Both the position numbers and the translations under genes were made by a program. A DNA stretch of 64,000 nucleotides from Pseudomonadota bacterium (GTDB taxonomy: Bacteria > Pseudomonadota > Alphaproteobacteria > Rhizobiales > Xanthobacteraceae): contig JAEZMT010000085.1 of assembly GCA_023442085.1 (NCBI GenBank), positions 302-64,301 of the forward strand. The letters are read 5' to 3'. This document shows, one piece after another, positions 9,048 through 19,317 of the stretch. How positions within the stretch are numbered: the first letter of the stretch is position 1; each line of letters opens with the position of its first letter. The notes under the pieces are model-generated. The model saw only the letters and a list, made by a program, of their open reading frames with translations, searched no databases and was not told the DNA's origin.

Positions 9048-11135
9048 ATGAGCGCGCTGAAAACAAGAGTGGGCGTCGATATCGGCGGCACCTTCACCGA
9101 CATCGCCCTGGAGCATGCCGGTGGCCTTGCGACCTGCAAGGTGCTGACGAACTACAGCCAGCCCGAACAGGCGATCCTGGACGGCATCGTGAAGGCCGCC
9201 CATCAGGCCGGTGTTTCGCTTGAGGACATCGGGCAGGTGATCCACGGCACCACGCTCGTCACCAACGCGCTGATCGAGCGGCGCGGCGCCCGGCTCGCCT
9301 TCATCACCACCGAAGGCTTCCGCGACGTGGTGGAGATGCGCTCGGAGAACCGCTTCGAACAGTATGACCTGAACCTCAGGCTCCCTGCGCCCCTCGTCCC
9401 GCGGCAGGACCGGTTCACCCTCAACGAGCGGGTGGCGGCGGACGGCAGCATCCTCCTGCCCCTCGATCCCGCCGACGTCGCGGCGATGGTCGAGACCATC
9501 GTTGGCAAGGGGTATGAGGCCGTCGCCATCGGCTTCATCCATGCGTATGCCAACGGCGCGCACGAACGGCAGCTCGCCGACGCCCTGCGCGCCGCCCAGC
9601 CGGACCTCTCGATCTCCCTCTCCTCCGTCATCTCGCCGCAGATGCGCGAGTTCGAGCGGTTCAACACGGTCATCGCCAATGCCTATGTGCAGCCGCAGGT
9701 GGCCGCCTATCTCAACCGGCTTGTGGCCCGCCTGCGCGAGGAGGGCATCACCGCGTCCGTCTTCATGATGCATTCGGGAGGCGGCCTCATCAGCGTGGAG
9801 ACGGCGGCCGCGCAGCCGGTGCGCCTGCTGGAGTCCGGACCTGCCGGAGGCGCGATCTTCGCGGCGGAATTCGCCCGCGCGCACGGGCTGGACACGGTGG
9901 TCTCCTTCGACATGGGCGGCACCACCGCGAAGATCTGCCTGATCGAGGAGGGCACCCCCAAGACCGCCAACAGTTTCGAGGTGGCGCGCACCTACCGGTT
10001 CAAGAAGGGCTCCGGCATGCCGGTCTCCACCCCCGTCGTGGAGATGGTGGAGATCGGTGCCGGCGGCGGCTCGATCGCCTCCGTCGACGCCATGGGGCGG
10101 ATTCAGGTGGGTCCGCGCTCTGCCGCCTCGGAGCCCGGGCCCGCGTGCTACCAGCGCGGCGGCGTGGAGCCGACCGTCACGGATGCGAACCTGCTTCTGG
10201 GCCGCCTGGACCCCGACAATTTCGCCGGCGGCGACATCCCCCTTTCGGTGGCCGATGCTGAACGGGCGATGGCTGCGCGGCTCGGCGCGGCAACCGGCCT
10301 TGCGCCCCCCGACGCGGCGTTCGGCGTCACCGAGATGGTCGACGAGAACATGGCGAACGCGGCGCGGGCGCACGCGGTGGAGAACGGCCGCGACATTGCT
10401 GCCTTCACGATGATCGCCTTCGGCGGGGGCGCGCCGCTGCATGCCTGCCGGCAGTGCGAGAAGCTCGGCATCGATACGCTGCTCATTCCGCCGGGCGCGG
10501 GGGTAGGCTCGGCCATCGGCTTCCTGCGGGCGCCGTTCAGCTATGAGGCGAGCCGAGGCCTGTTCCAGCGCCTCGACGACTTCGACGAAACCATAGTGAA
10601 CGCCGTTCTGCGCCAGCTTGAGGCGGAGGCGCGCGCCTTCGTGGTCGCGGGGGCCGGTGACGCGCCGACGCAGAACCGCCTCACCGCCTTCATGCGCTAC
10701 GCCGGCCAGGGCTGGGAAATTCCCGTCATCCTGCCGTTCCGGACGTTCTCCCCGGCCGATCGCGACATGATCCGCGGTGCCTTCGAGACCACCTATCGCA
10801 AGCTCTTCGGCAGGACCATCGACGGGCTGGCCATCGAGATCACCAACTGGTCGCTCATGGTCGCTGCGACACGCGAAGCGCCCGCCGCCGTCACCCGCCG
10901 GGAACCAGAGGGCACGCCGCCACCCCAGGCGCCACGGCGCTTCTTCGACGCCGCCTTGCGCAGGATGGTGGACGCCGCCGAGGTCCGGCGTTCCGACATG
11001 ACGCCGGGCGCCCGCATTCAGGGGCCGGCGGTGATCGTCGAGAACGAGACGTCCACGGTCGTCACATCCGCATTCTCGGCGGTCGGCCAGGCGGATGGCA
11101 GCCTTCTGCTGGTACGGACGGGAGAGCGGGCATGA
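9048..11135 (+). CDS. Hydantoinase/oxoprolinase subunit A (ATP-binding)
   Basis: GVDIGGTFTD, HGTTLVTNALIER, LLESGPAGG, FDMGGTTAK, EIGAGGGSIA. Confidence 0.92.
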   Translation: MSALKTRVGVDIGGTFTDIALEHAGGLATCKVLTNYSQPEQAILDGIVKAAHQAGVSLEDIGQVIHGTTLVTNALIERRGARLAFITTEGFRDVVEMRSENRFEQYDLNLRLPAPLVPRQDRFTLNERVAADGSILLPLDPADVAAMVETIVGKGYEAVAIGFIHAYANGAHERQLADALRAAQPDLSISLSSVISPQMREFERFNTVIANAYVQPQVAAYLNRLVARLREEGITASVFMMHSGGGLISVETAAAQPVRLLESGPAGGAIFAAEFARAHGLDTVVSFDMGGTTAKICLIEEGTPKTANSFEVARTYRFKKGSGMPVSTPVVEMVEIGAGGGSIASVDAMGRIQVGPRSAASEPGPACYQRGGVEPTVTDANLLLGRLDPDNFAGGDIPLSVADAERAMAARLGAATGLAPPDAAFGVTEMVDENMANAARAHAVENGRDIAAFTMIAFGGGAPLHACRQCEKLGIDTLLIPPGAGVGSAIGFLRAPFSYEASRGLFQRLDDFDETIVNAVLRQLEAEARAFVVAGAGDAPTQNRLTAFMRYAGQGWEIPVILPFRTFSPADRDMIRGAFETTYRKLFGRTIDGLAIEITNWSLMVAATREAPAAVTRREPEGTPPPQAPRRFFDAALRRMVDAAEVRRSDMTPGARIQGPAVIVENETSTVVTSAFSAVGQADGSLLLVRTGERA

Positions 11136-12790
11136 GCGCGTCGGTGATCGACCACCAGATCATGTGGAGCCGGCTGATCGCGGTCGTCGAGGAGCAGGCG
11201 ACCACGCTCATCCGAACCGCCTTCTCCACCTCCGTGCGCGAGGCCGGCGATCTCTCGGCCGGGCTGTTCGACCGGCGCGGGCGGATGATTGCCCAGGCCG
11301 TCACCGGCACCCCGGGGCACGTCAACGCCATGGCCGAGAGCGTCGGGCATTTCTTGCGCGAAATCGGCAGCGCGAACATCTGCGAGCGCGATGTCTACCT
11401 CACCAACGACCCGTGGATGGGCACGGGCCACCTGCATGACATCACCGTGGTGTCGCCCTCCTTCCGCGAGGGGGTGCATATCGGCTTCTTCGCCTGCACG
11501 GCCCATGTGGTGGACATCGGCGGCCGTGGGTTCGGTCCCGACGGCAACGACGTCTATGAAGAGGGCCTTCAGATCCCCATCATGAAGTTCGCCGCCCGGG
11601 GCGAGGTCTCCCCGGTGCTGCTGAAGTTCGTGCGCGCCAACGTCCGCGAGCCCGATCAGGTGGTGGGCGACCTGTATTCCCTCGCCGCCTGCAACGAGGC
11701 CGGCGACCGCCGCCTCCAGGCGATGATGGACGAGTTCCGGATCGCCGACATCGATCATCTGTCCGACTACATCATCGACGCCAGCCGGGCGGCGACGCAC
11801 GACGCCATCTCGCGCCTGCCATCGGGCACCTTCACCAATGCCATGCGCGTGGACGGCTACGACGTGCCGGTGGACATGCAGGTCGCGCTCTCCATCGAGG
11901 GCGGGCGGCTCAAGGCGGATTTCGCGGGCACCAGCGAGATGAGCCGCTTCGGCGTCAACGTGCCGGAGGTCTACACCCGGGCCTATGCCTGCTACGGCCT
12001 GAAGTGCGCCATCGCGCCCGACGTGCCAAACAACGCGGGCTCGCTCGAGCCGTTCGAAGTCGTTGCGCCAGAAGGCTGCATCCTCGCCGCGCGGCGCCCG
12101 GCGCCCGTGTCCACGCGGCACGTCATCGGCCATCTGGTGCCGGATGTTGTGCTGGGCGCGTTGCACAAGGCGGCTCCCGGCCTCGTTCCGGCGGAGGGCG
12201 CGAGCGCCCTGTGGAACATCCAGATCTCCGCCCGCCCCGCCGGAGGAGAGACCGGCCGGACGGCGCAGGTGCTGATGTTCAATTCCGGCGGCACGGGCGC
12301 GCGCCCGGCGATCGACGGGCTGAGCGCCACGGCCTTTCCCTCCGGCGTGAAGACCATGAGCGTCGAGGCCACCGAGCAGGTGGGGCCGATCATCGTCTGG
12401 CGGAAAGATCTGCGGGAGGGGTCCGGCGGCGCCGGGGAGTTCCGGGGCGGGCTCGGCCAGACCATCGAGATCGAGCCGCGCGCGGGGTACGAGTTTTTCT
12501 TCAATGCGATGTTCGACCGCATCGACCACCCCGCGCGGGGACGCGAGGGAGGCCTTGAGGGCGCGCCGGGCTTCGTGCGGCTGGCCAATGGCACGCCGCT
12601 GAAGGGCAAGGGGCGCCAGAAGGTCGGCCCCGGCCAGCGCCTCGTCCTTGGCCTGCCCGGCGGCGGCGGATATGGCGACCCGGGCAAGCGCGCCCGCGAA
12701 GAGGTTCGCAACGACATCGCATCCGGCTACGTGACGGCGGATGCGGCCCGCAGGGACTACGGGCTGGAGATCGAGGAGGATAACGGATGA
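11132..12790 (+). CDS. Hydantoinase B/oxoprolinase subunit
   Basis: [50 protein letters not shown]. Confidence 0.92.
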   Translation: MSASVIDHQIMWSRLIAVVEEQATTLIRTAFSTSVREAGDLSAGLFDRRGRMIAQAVTGTPGHVNAMAESVGHFLREIGSANICERDVYLTNDPWMGTGHLHDITVVSPSFREGVHIGFFACTAHVVDIGGRGFGPDGNDVYEEGLQIPIMKFAARGEVSPVLLKFVRANVREPDQVVGDLYSLAACNEAGDRRLQAMMDEFRIADIDHLSDYIIDASRAATHDAISRLPSGTFTNAMRVDGYDVPVDMQVALSIEGGRLKADFAGTSEMSRFGVNVPEVYTRAYACYGLKCAIAPDVPNNAGSLEPFEVVAPEGCILAARRPAPVSTRHVIGHLVPDVVLGALHKAAPGLVPAEGASALWNIQISARPAGGETGRTAQVLMFNSGGTGARPAIDGLSATAFPSGVKTMSVEATEQVGPIIVWRKDLREGSGGAGEFRGGLGQTIEIEPRAGYEFFFNAMFDRIDHPARGREGGLEGAPGFVRLANGTPLKGKGRQKVGPGQRLVLGLPGGGGYGDPGKRAREEVRNDIASGYVTADAARRDYGLEIEEDNG

Positions 12791-13539
12791 GCGAAAAGGC
12801 AATCGCGCTGGTGACGGGCGCCTCGCAGGGGATCGGCCTCGCCTGTGCCGAGGCCCTGCTGGAGCAGGGCGTCTTCGTGGTGCTGAGCGACATCAATGCG
12901 GAAGGCGTGGAAGCGGCGTCGACGCGCCTTGGCGAGGGGACAGACTTCATCGTCTGCGACATGGGCGATGCGGCGGCCATCGCGGCCATGTTCGACCAGA
13001 TCGAAGAGAAGCACGGCGCCGTATCCATCCTCGTGAACAATGCCGGCATCGCCGTGCCCCAGCCGTTTCTCGAAACCACCGAGGCGAATTTCCGCAAGGT
13101 GCTCGATGTCAATCTGGTCGGCGTGTTCCTGGCCACCCAGCGGGCGGCGCAAAGCATGATCGCCTGCGGCATCGAGGGTTCCATCGTCAACATGTCCTCG
13201 GTCAACGCCGTGGTCGCCATTCCGACCATCGCGGCATACTGCGCCTCCAAGGGCGGCATCATGCAGCTGACGAAGGCGGCCTCGCTGGCCCTCGCCCCGC
13301 ACAACATCCGCGTCAACGCGGTCGGGCCGGGCTCCATCGACACCGAGATGATGGCCGGCGTGAATGCCAATCCTGCCGCCATGAACATGGTCATGTCCCG
13401 CACGCCGCTGAAACGCATGGGAACGCCGCGGGAAATCGGCGACGTGGTCGCCTTCCTCGCCAGCCCCAAGGCCAGCTACATCACGGGCCAGACCATCTAT
13501 GTGGACGGCGGCCGGCTGGGCATGAACTACACCTGCTGA
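12787..13539 (+). CDS. Short-chain dehydrogenase/reductase
   Basis: [17 protein letters not shown] catalytic motif. Confidence 0.92.
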   Translation: MSEKAIALVTGASQGIGLACAEALLEQGVFVVLSDINAEGVEAASTRLGEGTDFIVCDMGDAAAIAAMFDQIEEKHGAVSILVNNAGIAVPQPFLETTEANFRKVLDVNLVGVFLATQRAAQSMIACGIEGSIVNMSSVNAVVAIPTIAAYCASKGGIMQLTKAASLALAPHNIRVNAVGPGSIDTEMMAGVNANPAAMNMVMSRTPLKRMGTPREIGDVVAFLASPKASYITGQTIYVDGGRLGMNYTC

Positions 13540-13624
13540 TCGCGGCATCCCGCGCGCGGGACCGGCCCGACATGCGGTGCGGGCCGCCCCGCACCGCATC
13601 CCCTCACGCCTCCCAGGTACAGAC

Positions 13625-14803
13625 ATGTCGAACACGGGCCCCTTCAACTTGAAGAACACCCTCGTCCATGGCGGGCGCGCGCAGGCGGGGAGCGGCCGTC
13701 TCGTCAATCCGCCGATCGAGATCGGCTCCACTCTGCTGTTCGATACGCTGGCCGATTTCGAGGGGGCGCGCGAGGGGCGTTACGAGAGCGGAACGCTCTA
13801 CTACGGGCGCTACGGCACGTCGGCGAGCTTCCACCTCGAAGAGCTGATGGCGGAGCTGGAGGCCGGCCATGGATGCACCATCGTCTCCTCCGGCGTGGCC
13901 GCGATCTCGGCCGCGCTGATCGGCACGACGAAGGCCGGCGACCACGTGCTCGTGGCCGACCACGTCTACGGCAACACCCGCGGGTTCTGCGACCAGATCC
14001 TGACGCGCATGGGCATCGAGGTCGAATATTATGATCCCGCGCTCGGTGCCGGCATCGCCGCCCTGATGCGGGCGAACACGCGCGCCATCATGTTCGAGGC
14101 GCCGGGCTCGGGAACATTCGAGTTTCCCGACATCCGGGGCATCGCCGAAGCCGCTACAGCGCGCGGCGTGGTGACCATCCTCGACGGAACCTGGGCAACG
14201 CCGGTCTTCTGCCAGCCCTTGCGCCTCGGGGTGGATGTGGTGGTGCATTCGGGCTCGAAATACATCGGCGGCCATTCCGACAGCATGATCGGCCTGGTGA
14301 TCTGCAACGAGAAGACCCATTTGCCGATCCGCAAGGCGGCTATGGCGCTCGGCGAAAAGCCGGGCGCGCAGGAGGTGCATCTTACGCTGCGCGGCCTTCG
14401 GACGCTCGAGATGCGGATGCAGCGGGTCAACACGGTGGGCACCACGGTTGCCACCTGGTTGCGGAACCAGCCGCAGGTGGCGCGGGTGCTCCATCCCGCC
14501 TTCGACGAGTGCCCCGGCAGCGCCTTCTGGAAGCGTGATTTCACCGGCGCGGCGGGCCTCTTCGGTGTCATCTTCAAGACCACGAGTGATGAACGTATCC
14601 AGCAGTTCGTGGACACCCTGGAGATGTTCGGCATCGGCGTGAGCTGGGGCGGCTACGAGAGCCTCGTGCTGCCGGTGAAGCCGACGCGCACCGCCGTTCC
14701 CTGGACGGAGAGCGGCCAGCTGGTGCGCTTCAACATCGGCTTCGAAGACACTTCCTCTCTCATCGCGGATCTGGCGGCTGCCCTGCCGATCCTCGACAAC
14801 TGA
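13625..14803 (+). CDS. metC: Cystathionine beta-lyase-like PLP C-S lyase
   Basis: YGRYGT, HSGSKYIGGHSD (PLP Lys), LRGLRTL, GIGVSWGGYESL. Confidence 0.82.
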   Translation: MSNTGPFNLKNTLVHGGRAQAGSGRLVNPPIEIGSTLLFDTLADFEGAREGRYESGTLYYGRYGTSASFHLEELMAELEAGHGCTIVSSGVAAISAALIGTTKAGDHVLVADHVYGNTRGFCDQILTRMGIEVEYYDPALGAGIAALMRANTRAIMFEAPGSGTFEFPDIRGIAEAATARGVVTILDGTWATPVFCQPLRLGVDVVVHSGSKYIGGHSDSMIGLVICNEKTHLPIRKAAMALGEKPGAQEVHLTLRGLRTLEMRMQRVNTVGTTVATWLRNQPQVARVLHPAFDECPGSAFWKRDFTGAAGLFGVIFKTTSDERIQQFVDTLEMFGIGVSWGGYESLVLPVKPTRTAVPWTESGQLVRFNIGFEDTSSLIADLAAALPILDN

Positions 14804-14814
14804 CCGAGGCCGAC

Positions 14815-15450
14815 ATGACCAACAGGATCGACCATTTCGTGATCGGCGCCCAATCCCTGGAGCAGGGCGTGGACCACCTTCGCACGGCGCTGGGTGTCAC
14901 CGTCCCCCGCGGCAGCAAGCACACGACCATGGGCACGCATAATTGCGTGATGCAGGGCGGCAACGAGAGCTTCCTCGAGATCCTTGCCATTGACCCCGAG
15001 GGCGTCGATCCCGGCCGGCGCCGGTGGTTCTCGATGGATGACCCGTGGACGCAGGCGCGGATCGCCGAACGTCCGCGCCCGCTCTGCTGGGTGGTCGGGA
15101 CGGACGACCTCGACGCGCTCGTGGCATCGAGCCCCGTCGATCTCGGCGAAATCGTGCTCTTCCAGCGCGGCGATCGGACGTGGCGCATCACCATTCCGGC
15201 CGATGGGCACCTGCCCGAGGCGGGCCTGCTCCCCGCCTTCATCCAGTGGTCCCCCGGCCCGCACCCCAGCACCAATCATCAGGATCTGGGGGTTCGCCTG
15301 CAGCGGATCATCCTGACGACGCCGACACCGGCGTCCCTTTCGCGGCAGCTGGAGGCGCTGAGGATCGACCATCTCGCCGAGGTGCGGCAGGGCGCGACCG
15401 GCATCGCCTTCGAGATGGCGACGCCATTGGGTACCGTCACTCTGGAATAG
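14815..15450 (+). CDS. VOC/glyoxalase-like domain protein
   Basis: IDHFVIGA, GSKHTTMGTHN, FLEILAIDP, LPAFIQW...HP. Confidence 0.82.
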   Translation: MTNRIDHFVIGAQSLEQGVDHLRTALGVTVPRGSKHTTMGTHNCVMQGGNESFLEILAIDPEGVDPGRRRWFSMDDPWTQARIAERPRPLCWVVGTDDLDALVASSPVDLGEIVLFQRGDRTWRITIPADGHLPEAGLLPAFIQWSPGPHPSTNHQDLGVRLQRIILTTPTPASLSRQLEALRIDHLAEVRQGATGIAFEMATPLGTVTLE

Positions 15451-15703
15451 TGCCGGGTGGCCTCCGGGGCGCGCAACAACTTCTGCGGCACGCGCCCGCT
15501 TTACCTAACGTGATCTAACGGAACCACTTGCACGTTTCATAAAAAACAACCAACCGCTTGGGCGGCGGTATTCTATAGCTTTTTCCTATCTGCGGACGCA
15601 CGTCGAACGAAGAAAAGCGATGGTGAATTAGCGCGCCGTGCGTTACCCGGTACGTTAAGAGCCGGCGTGACGACGCCTGATCGCTCTCGTCACAGTCAAG
15701 ATT

Positions 15704-16810
15704 ATGGATTTCGTTTTGGACAGCGTCGCCAGAGAGAACGATCGGGTCGCGGCGCTTGCCAGCTTCGACATGCTTGATAGTCCGCGGGAGCAGGACTTTG
15801 ACGCAATCGCCGAGCTGGCCTCCCGCATCTGCGAGACCCCCATCGCGGTCGTGAACCTGGTCGCGGAAGATCGGCAGTTCTTCAAGGCCGAGGTCGGCCT
15901 TGGGGTGCGGGAGACGCCCCTCGACAGCTCATTCTGCGCCAAGGCGATTCTGGAGCACGAGTTTCTTCTCGTGCCCGACGCCACCCTCGACCCACGCTTC
16001 GCCTGCAATCCCCTCGTCACCGGGGAGCCGAAGCTGCGATTTTACGCGGGCGCGCTGCTGAAGACGTCTGACGGCCACGCAATCGGCACCGTCTGCGTGC
16101 TCGATTACCGGCCACGGGCGCTGACCCAGCTTCAGCAGGACACGCTCCGGGTTCTGGCCCGCCAGGCGATGCGGCAGCTGGAGCTGAAGAAGGCCCTTCG
16201 CGAGCGCGACGAAGCGCAGAGGCAGCAGGCGCTGCTCAACGCCGAGATTTCGCACCGGATGAAGAACACGCTGGCGATGGTGCAGGCCATCGCGATCCAG
16301 ACCCTCAAGGGCGTAACCGAGCGGAACGCGGTCGAAGCCTTCACCCGCCGCATCGCGGCGATGGGCAGCGCGCATGACCAGCTCCTCCAGCAGGACTGGA
16401 CCGCCGCCTCCCTGATTGCAGTCGTGCGACCGATGCTGGACCTCCACGGGGATGGCGGCCGGATCGAGACGAGGGGGCCTGACGTCGAGCTCGGCCCGAG
16501 AGCCACCGTCTACATCTCGCTCCTCCTCCATGAACTGGCGACGAACGCCACGAAGTACGGCGCATTGTCGGCCCCGGACGGGAAGGTCGACCTCTCCTGG
16601 GCGATCGATGACAGCGCTGGAGAGCCCGAGCTGCGCATGGTCTGGCGGGAAACGGGAGGACCGATCGTGACCGAGCCCAGCCGCCAGAATTTCGGCTCCC
16701 GCCTGATCGAGATGGGCCTGCTCGGCAAGGGCGGCGTGGTCAAGCAATGGCTGCCCGACGGGCTCACCGCGCATTTCGCGGCGACGCTGGCGGACATCCG
16801 ACGTCGCTAG
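15704..16810 (+). CDS. GAF-domain HWE-family sensor histidine kinase
   Basis: GAF (LRFYAGALL, IGTVCVLD); EISHRMKNTLA H-box, LHELATNATKYGALS, WRETGGP. Confidence 0.9.
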   Translation: MDFVLDSVARENDRVAALASFDMLDSPREQDFDAIAELASRICETPIAVVNLVAEDRQFFKAEVGLGVRETPLDSSFCAKAILEHEFLLVPDATLDPRFACNPLVTGEPKLRFYAGALLKTSDGHAIGTVCVLDYRPRALTQLQQDTLRVLARQAMRQLELKKALRERDEAQRQQALLNAEISHRMKNTLAMVQAIAIQTLKGVTERNAVEAFTRRIAAMGSAHDQLLQQDWTAASLIAVVRPMLDLHGDGGRIETRGPDVELGPRATVYISLLLHELATNATKYGALSAPDGKVDLSWAIDDSAGEPELRMVWRETGGPIVTEPSRQNFGSRLIEMGLLGKGGVVKQWLPDGLTAHFAATLADIRRR

Positions 16811-16948
16811 ACCGGCGTCGCCCCACCCATCGGGCTCAGAATGGTATTGGGGGGTCGATCCGGCCGCAGCAGCACCTCCCCGTCGTTTCGGCAATGATCG
16901 GGACGAAAGTCAGGGCCAGGGTGCCGATGCCGGCTGGACAAGGCCTCT

Positions 16949-17017
16949 GAAACGCAAAAGGGCCGCCTTGCGGCGACCCTTGCGAAAGCCCTGATAAATC
17001 AAGAACCTTTGGTTGCG
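16949..17017 (+). repeat. att-like direct repeat, copy 1
   Basis: 65/69 identical to 38033-38101, ending in TGGTTGCG (complement of the tRNA-Met 3' end). Confidence 0.9.
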
Positions 17018-17314
17018 AGAGCCTGTAATCACCTCAACTTGTTGTTTCAGGCCTCCGGGTAGAATGGCCTGTCGAGGCTCGGGAGCGAGTGCCCAACTCC
17101 CCCGTTTTCAGAAAGCCCTTCATAAAGCGCGACAAGCCCTCCCGCTCCCAGCCTTCCATGTGCCTGCCTAGGAGGCTTACGCCGCGCTCCATGGCTTCCG
17201 GGCCGAAGCGCCCCGGCTGACCGCCCACGCCGAACGGCTAAGCGACTCGCTGCAGAGACGATGGCCTTATCCGCTTCATCAACTGCGGAGGCGAAAGGTT
17301 TGGCTGCGGATCGA

Positions 17315-18484
17315 TCAGGGCTCGATCCGCTCAATGATGGTCGCAGTGCCAAGACCACCACCGCAGCACATGGACTGCAGGCCGAACCGCCCACCGCGTC
17401 GCTCCAATTCGCCCAGCAGCAACGTCATCAGACGCGCCCCCGACGAGCCCAGCGGATGACCCATGGCAATGGCTCCGCCATTGACGTTGACCCGCGAGAG
17501 GTCGGGCTGGATTTCATCGATCCACGCCCCGAGCACCGAAGCGAATGCTTCATTGACCTCGAACAGGTCGATGTCGCTGAGCGTCAGCCCGGTGCGGGCG
17601 AGGATGCCCCGGGTCGCCGGGATTGGACCCGTAAGCATGATCTCGGGATCGACCCCGACCACCAATTGCGCATGGAGCCGGGCGCGGGGCGCAAGTCCCA
17701 AGGCACGGGCCTTGCCCGCGCTCATGAGCAGGAGAGCCGCTGCACCGTCCGAGACCTGACTGGCATTGCCCGCCGTCACCCGACCATCCGGGCGAAAGGG
17801 CGGCTTCAGCGTCGCAAGCTTCTCCACGCTCGATCCAGGCCGCACGCCCTCGTCCCGCGTGAGCATCACTCCGTCGGCCCCCTCAATCGGAATCATGTCG
17901 GCATCGAAGCGACCCGCCTCCTGCGCCGCGGCCGCACGGCGATGGCTTTGCACGGAAAGCTCATCCAGATAGACCCGGTCCAAATGCCACCGCTCGGCGA
18001 TCCGCTCGGCAGCTTCGCCCATGCTGGGCATGGAGAAGCGCTCGACCAGATCCTTTGGATGACGCGCGCCGTATCGCGTATCGTCATTGCCGCCACGGGT
18101 GGCCGACATGATCTCGACACCGCCTGCCACAACCACATCGCAGACGCCGGAGCGGATCAGCGTATCGGCGAAATGCACCGCTTGCTGGGACGAACCGCAC
18201 GCGCGCTGCACGGTAGTGCCCGGAACTGTCACCGGCATTCCCGCCATGAGGAGCGCCGTGCGCGCCACGTTGCCGGCCTGCATGCCAACCTGCGTGGCGC
18301 AACCGGCGACCACGTCGTCCACCAGTCCCGGATCGAGTCGGCTGCGCTCCAGAAGACGGGCGAAAACGTGGCCAAGCAACGCCGCCGCATGCCACTCCCG
18401 GAGGGCACCATCCCGGCGCCCGACCGGCGTGCGGACGGCATCAATGATCACCGGTTCCTGGTCGCCGATCTTATGAAACTTCAT
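17315..18484 (-). CDS. Thiolase (acetyl-CoA C-acyltransferase)
   Basis: RACGSSQQA, GNASQVSDGA, NEAF, GHPLGSSG, MCCGGG. Confidence 0.93.
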   Translation of the reverse strand: MKFHKIGDQEPVIIDAVRTPVGRRDGALREWHAAALLGHVFARLLERSRLDPGLVDDVVAGCATQVGMQAGNVARTALLMAGMPVTVPGTTVQRACGSSQQAVHFADTLIRSGVCDVVVAGGVEIMSATRGGNDDTRYGARHPKDLVERFSMPSMGEAAERIAERWHLDRVYLDELSVQSHRRAAAAQEAGRFDADMIPIEGADGVMLTRDEGVRPGSSVEKLATLKPPFRPDGRVTAGNASQVSDGAAALLLMSAGKARALGLAPRARLHAQLVVGVDPEIMLTGPIPATRGILARTGLTLSDIDLFEVNEAFASVLGAWIDEIQPDLSRVNVNGGAIAMGHPLGSSGARLMTLLLGELERRGGRFGLQSMCCGGGLGTATIIERIEP

Positions 18485-18488
18485 CTCG

Positions 18489-19235
18489 TCATTCCTCCTG
18501 CCGCGTCAAACGCGCCCGCCTGAGGCGGTTTTCCACATTCACCTGTTCTGCAGCGTCCAGGGCGTGCGCGAGGTCGCAGCGGTCGCTGGTGCGAATCATG
18601 CGCTTCACCTCGGCCACTAGCTCTGTCGGATGGCCCGCGAGTTCCGTCGCCCGACGCGCGACTTCCAGAGCCGCATCGGCACCGGAGGGCAGCACCACGA
18701 GCCCAGGAATCCGAGCCTCGGCAGCCGTGAAAATCCGCCCGTTGGCGAGCAGGTCGAACGCCACCAGAGGTCCCGCACGCCGCACGATGCCGGGCACGAC
18801 CAACGCGGGCACGACCGCATGGCGCATCTCGGGAAAACCGAGCCGCGTATGCGCGGCGCACACCGCCACGTCGCACGCGAGCGCCAGGGCAAAGCCCGCT
18901 CCCAGGGCGAAGCCGTGCACCTCGGCGATCACCGGCTTGTCGATCTCGCCGGGCGCCTCCAGCAGACGTCGCATGCGGTGTGCATGGGCGGAGGCTTCGT
19001 CTGCATCGGTGATCCGCGCCGTCTCCTTGAGGTCGGCGCCGGCGGAGAATCCCCCGCCAGTGCCGGCAAGCACCACCACGCGAACCGCGGGATCGACGCC
19101 AGCTGCCGCGATCGCCTGGGTGAGCGCCCCGACGAGGGCGCCGTCGAGCGCGTTGCGCGCCTCCGGTCGGTCGAGAACGAGCCGTCTTACGCCGTCCGCG
19201 TCCTCGACGCGCAGCCTGTCGTCACAGGACATCAT
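18489..19235 (-). CDS. Enoyl-CoA hydratase/isomerase family protein
   Basis: LDRPEARNAL, FSAGADL, GFALGAG, FPE. Confidence 0.9.
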   Translation of the reverse strand: MMSCDDRLRVEDADGVRRLVLDRPEARNALDGALVGALTQAIAAAGVDPAVRVVVLAGTGGGFSAGADLKETARITDADEASAHAHRMRRLLEAPGEIDKPVIAEVHGFALGAGFALALACDVAVCAAHTRLGFPEMRHAVVPALVVPGIVRRAGPLVAFDLLANGRIFTAAEARIPGLVVLPSGADAALEVARRATELAGHPTELVAEVKRMIRTSDRCDLAHALDAAEQVNVENRLRRARLTRQEE

Positions 19236-19317
19236 TTCCTCCAGCCAGGCACCCGGATAAGAGCCGTGATGCGGCCGCCGCGGGACCGAATGCAGCCCCG
19301 CGGCACCGCTTCATCCC

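Noticed and set aside
7242..10442. 1066-aa minus-strand ORF and many other long antisense ORFs (e.g. 4956-7160, 56199-58256)
   Set aside because: Shadows of well-supported genes in high-GC DNA; Arg/Gly/Ala-rich with no motifs
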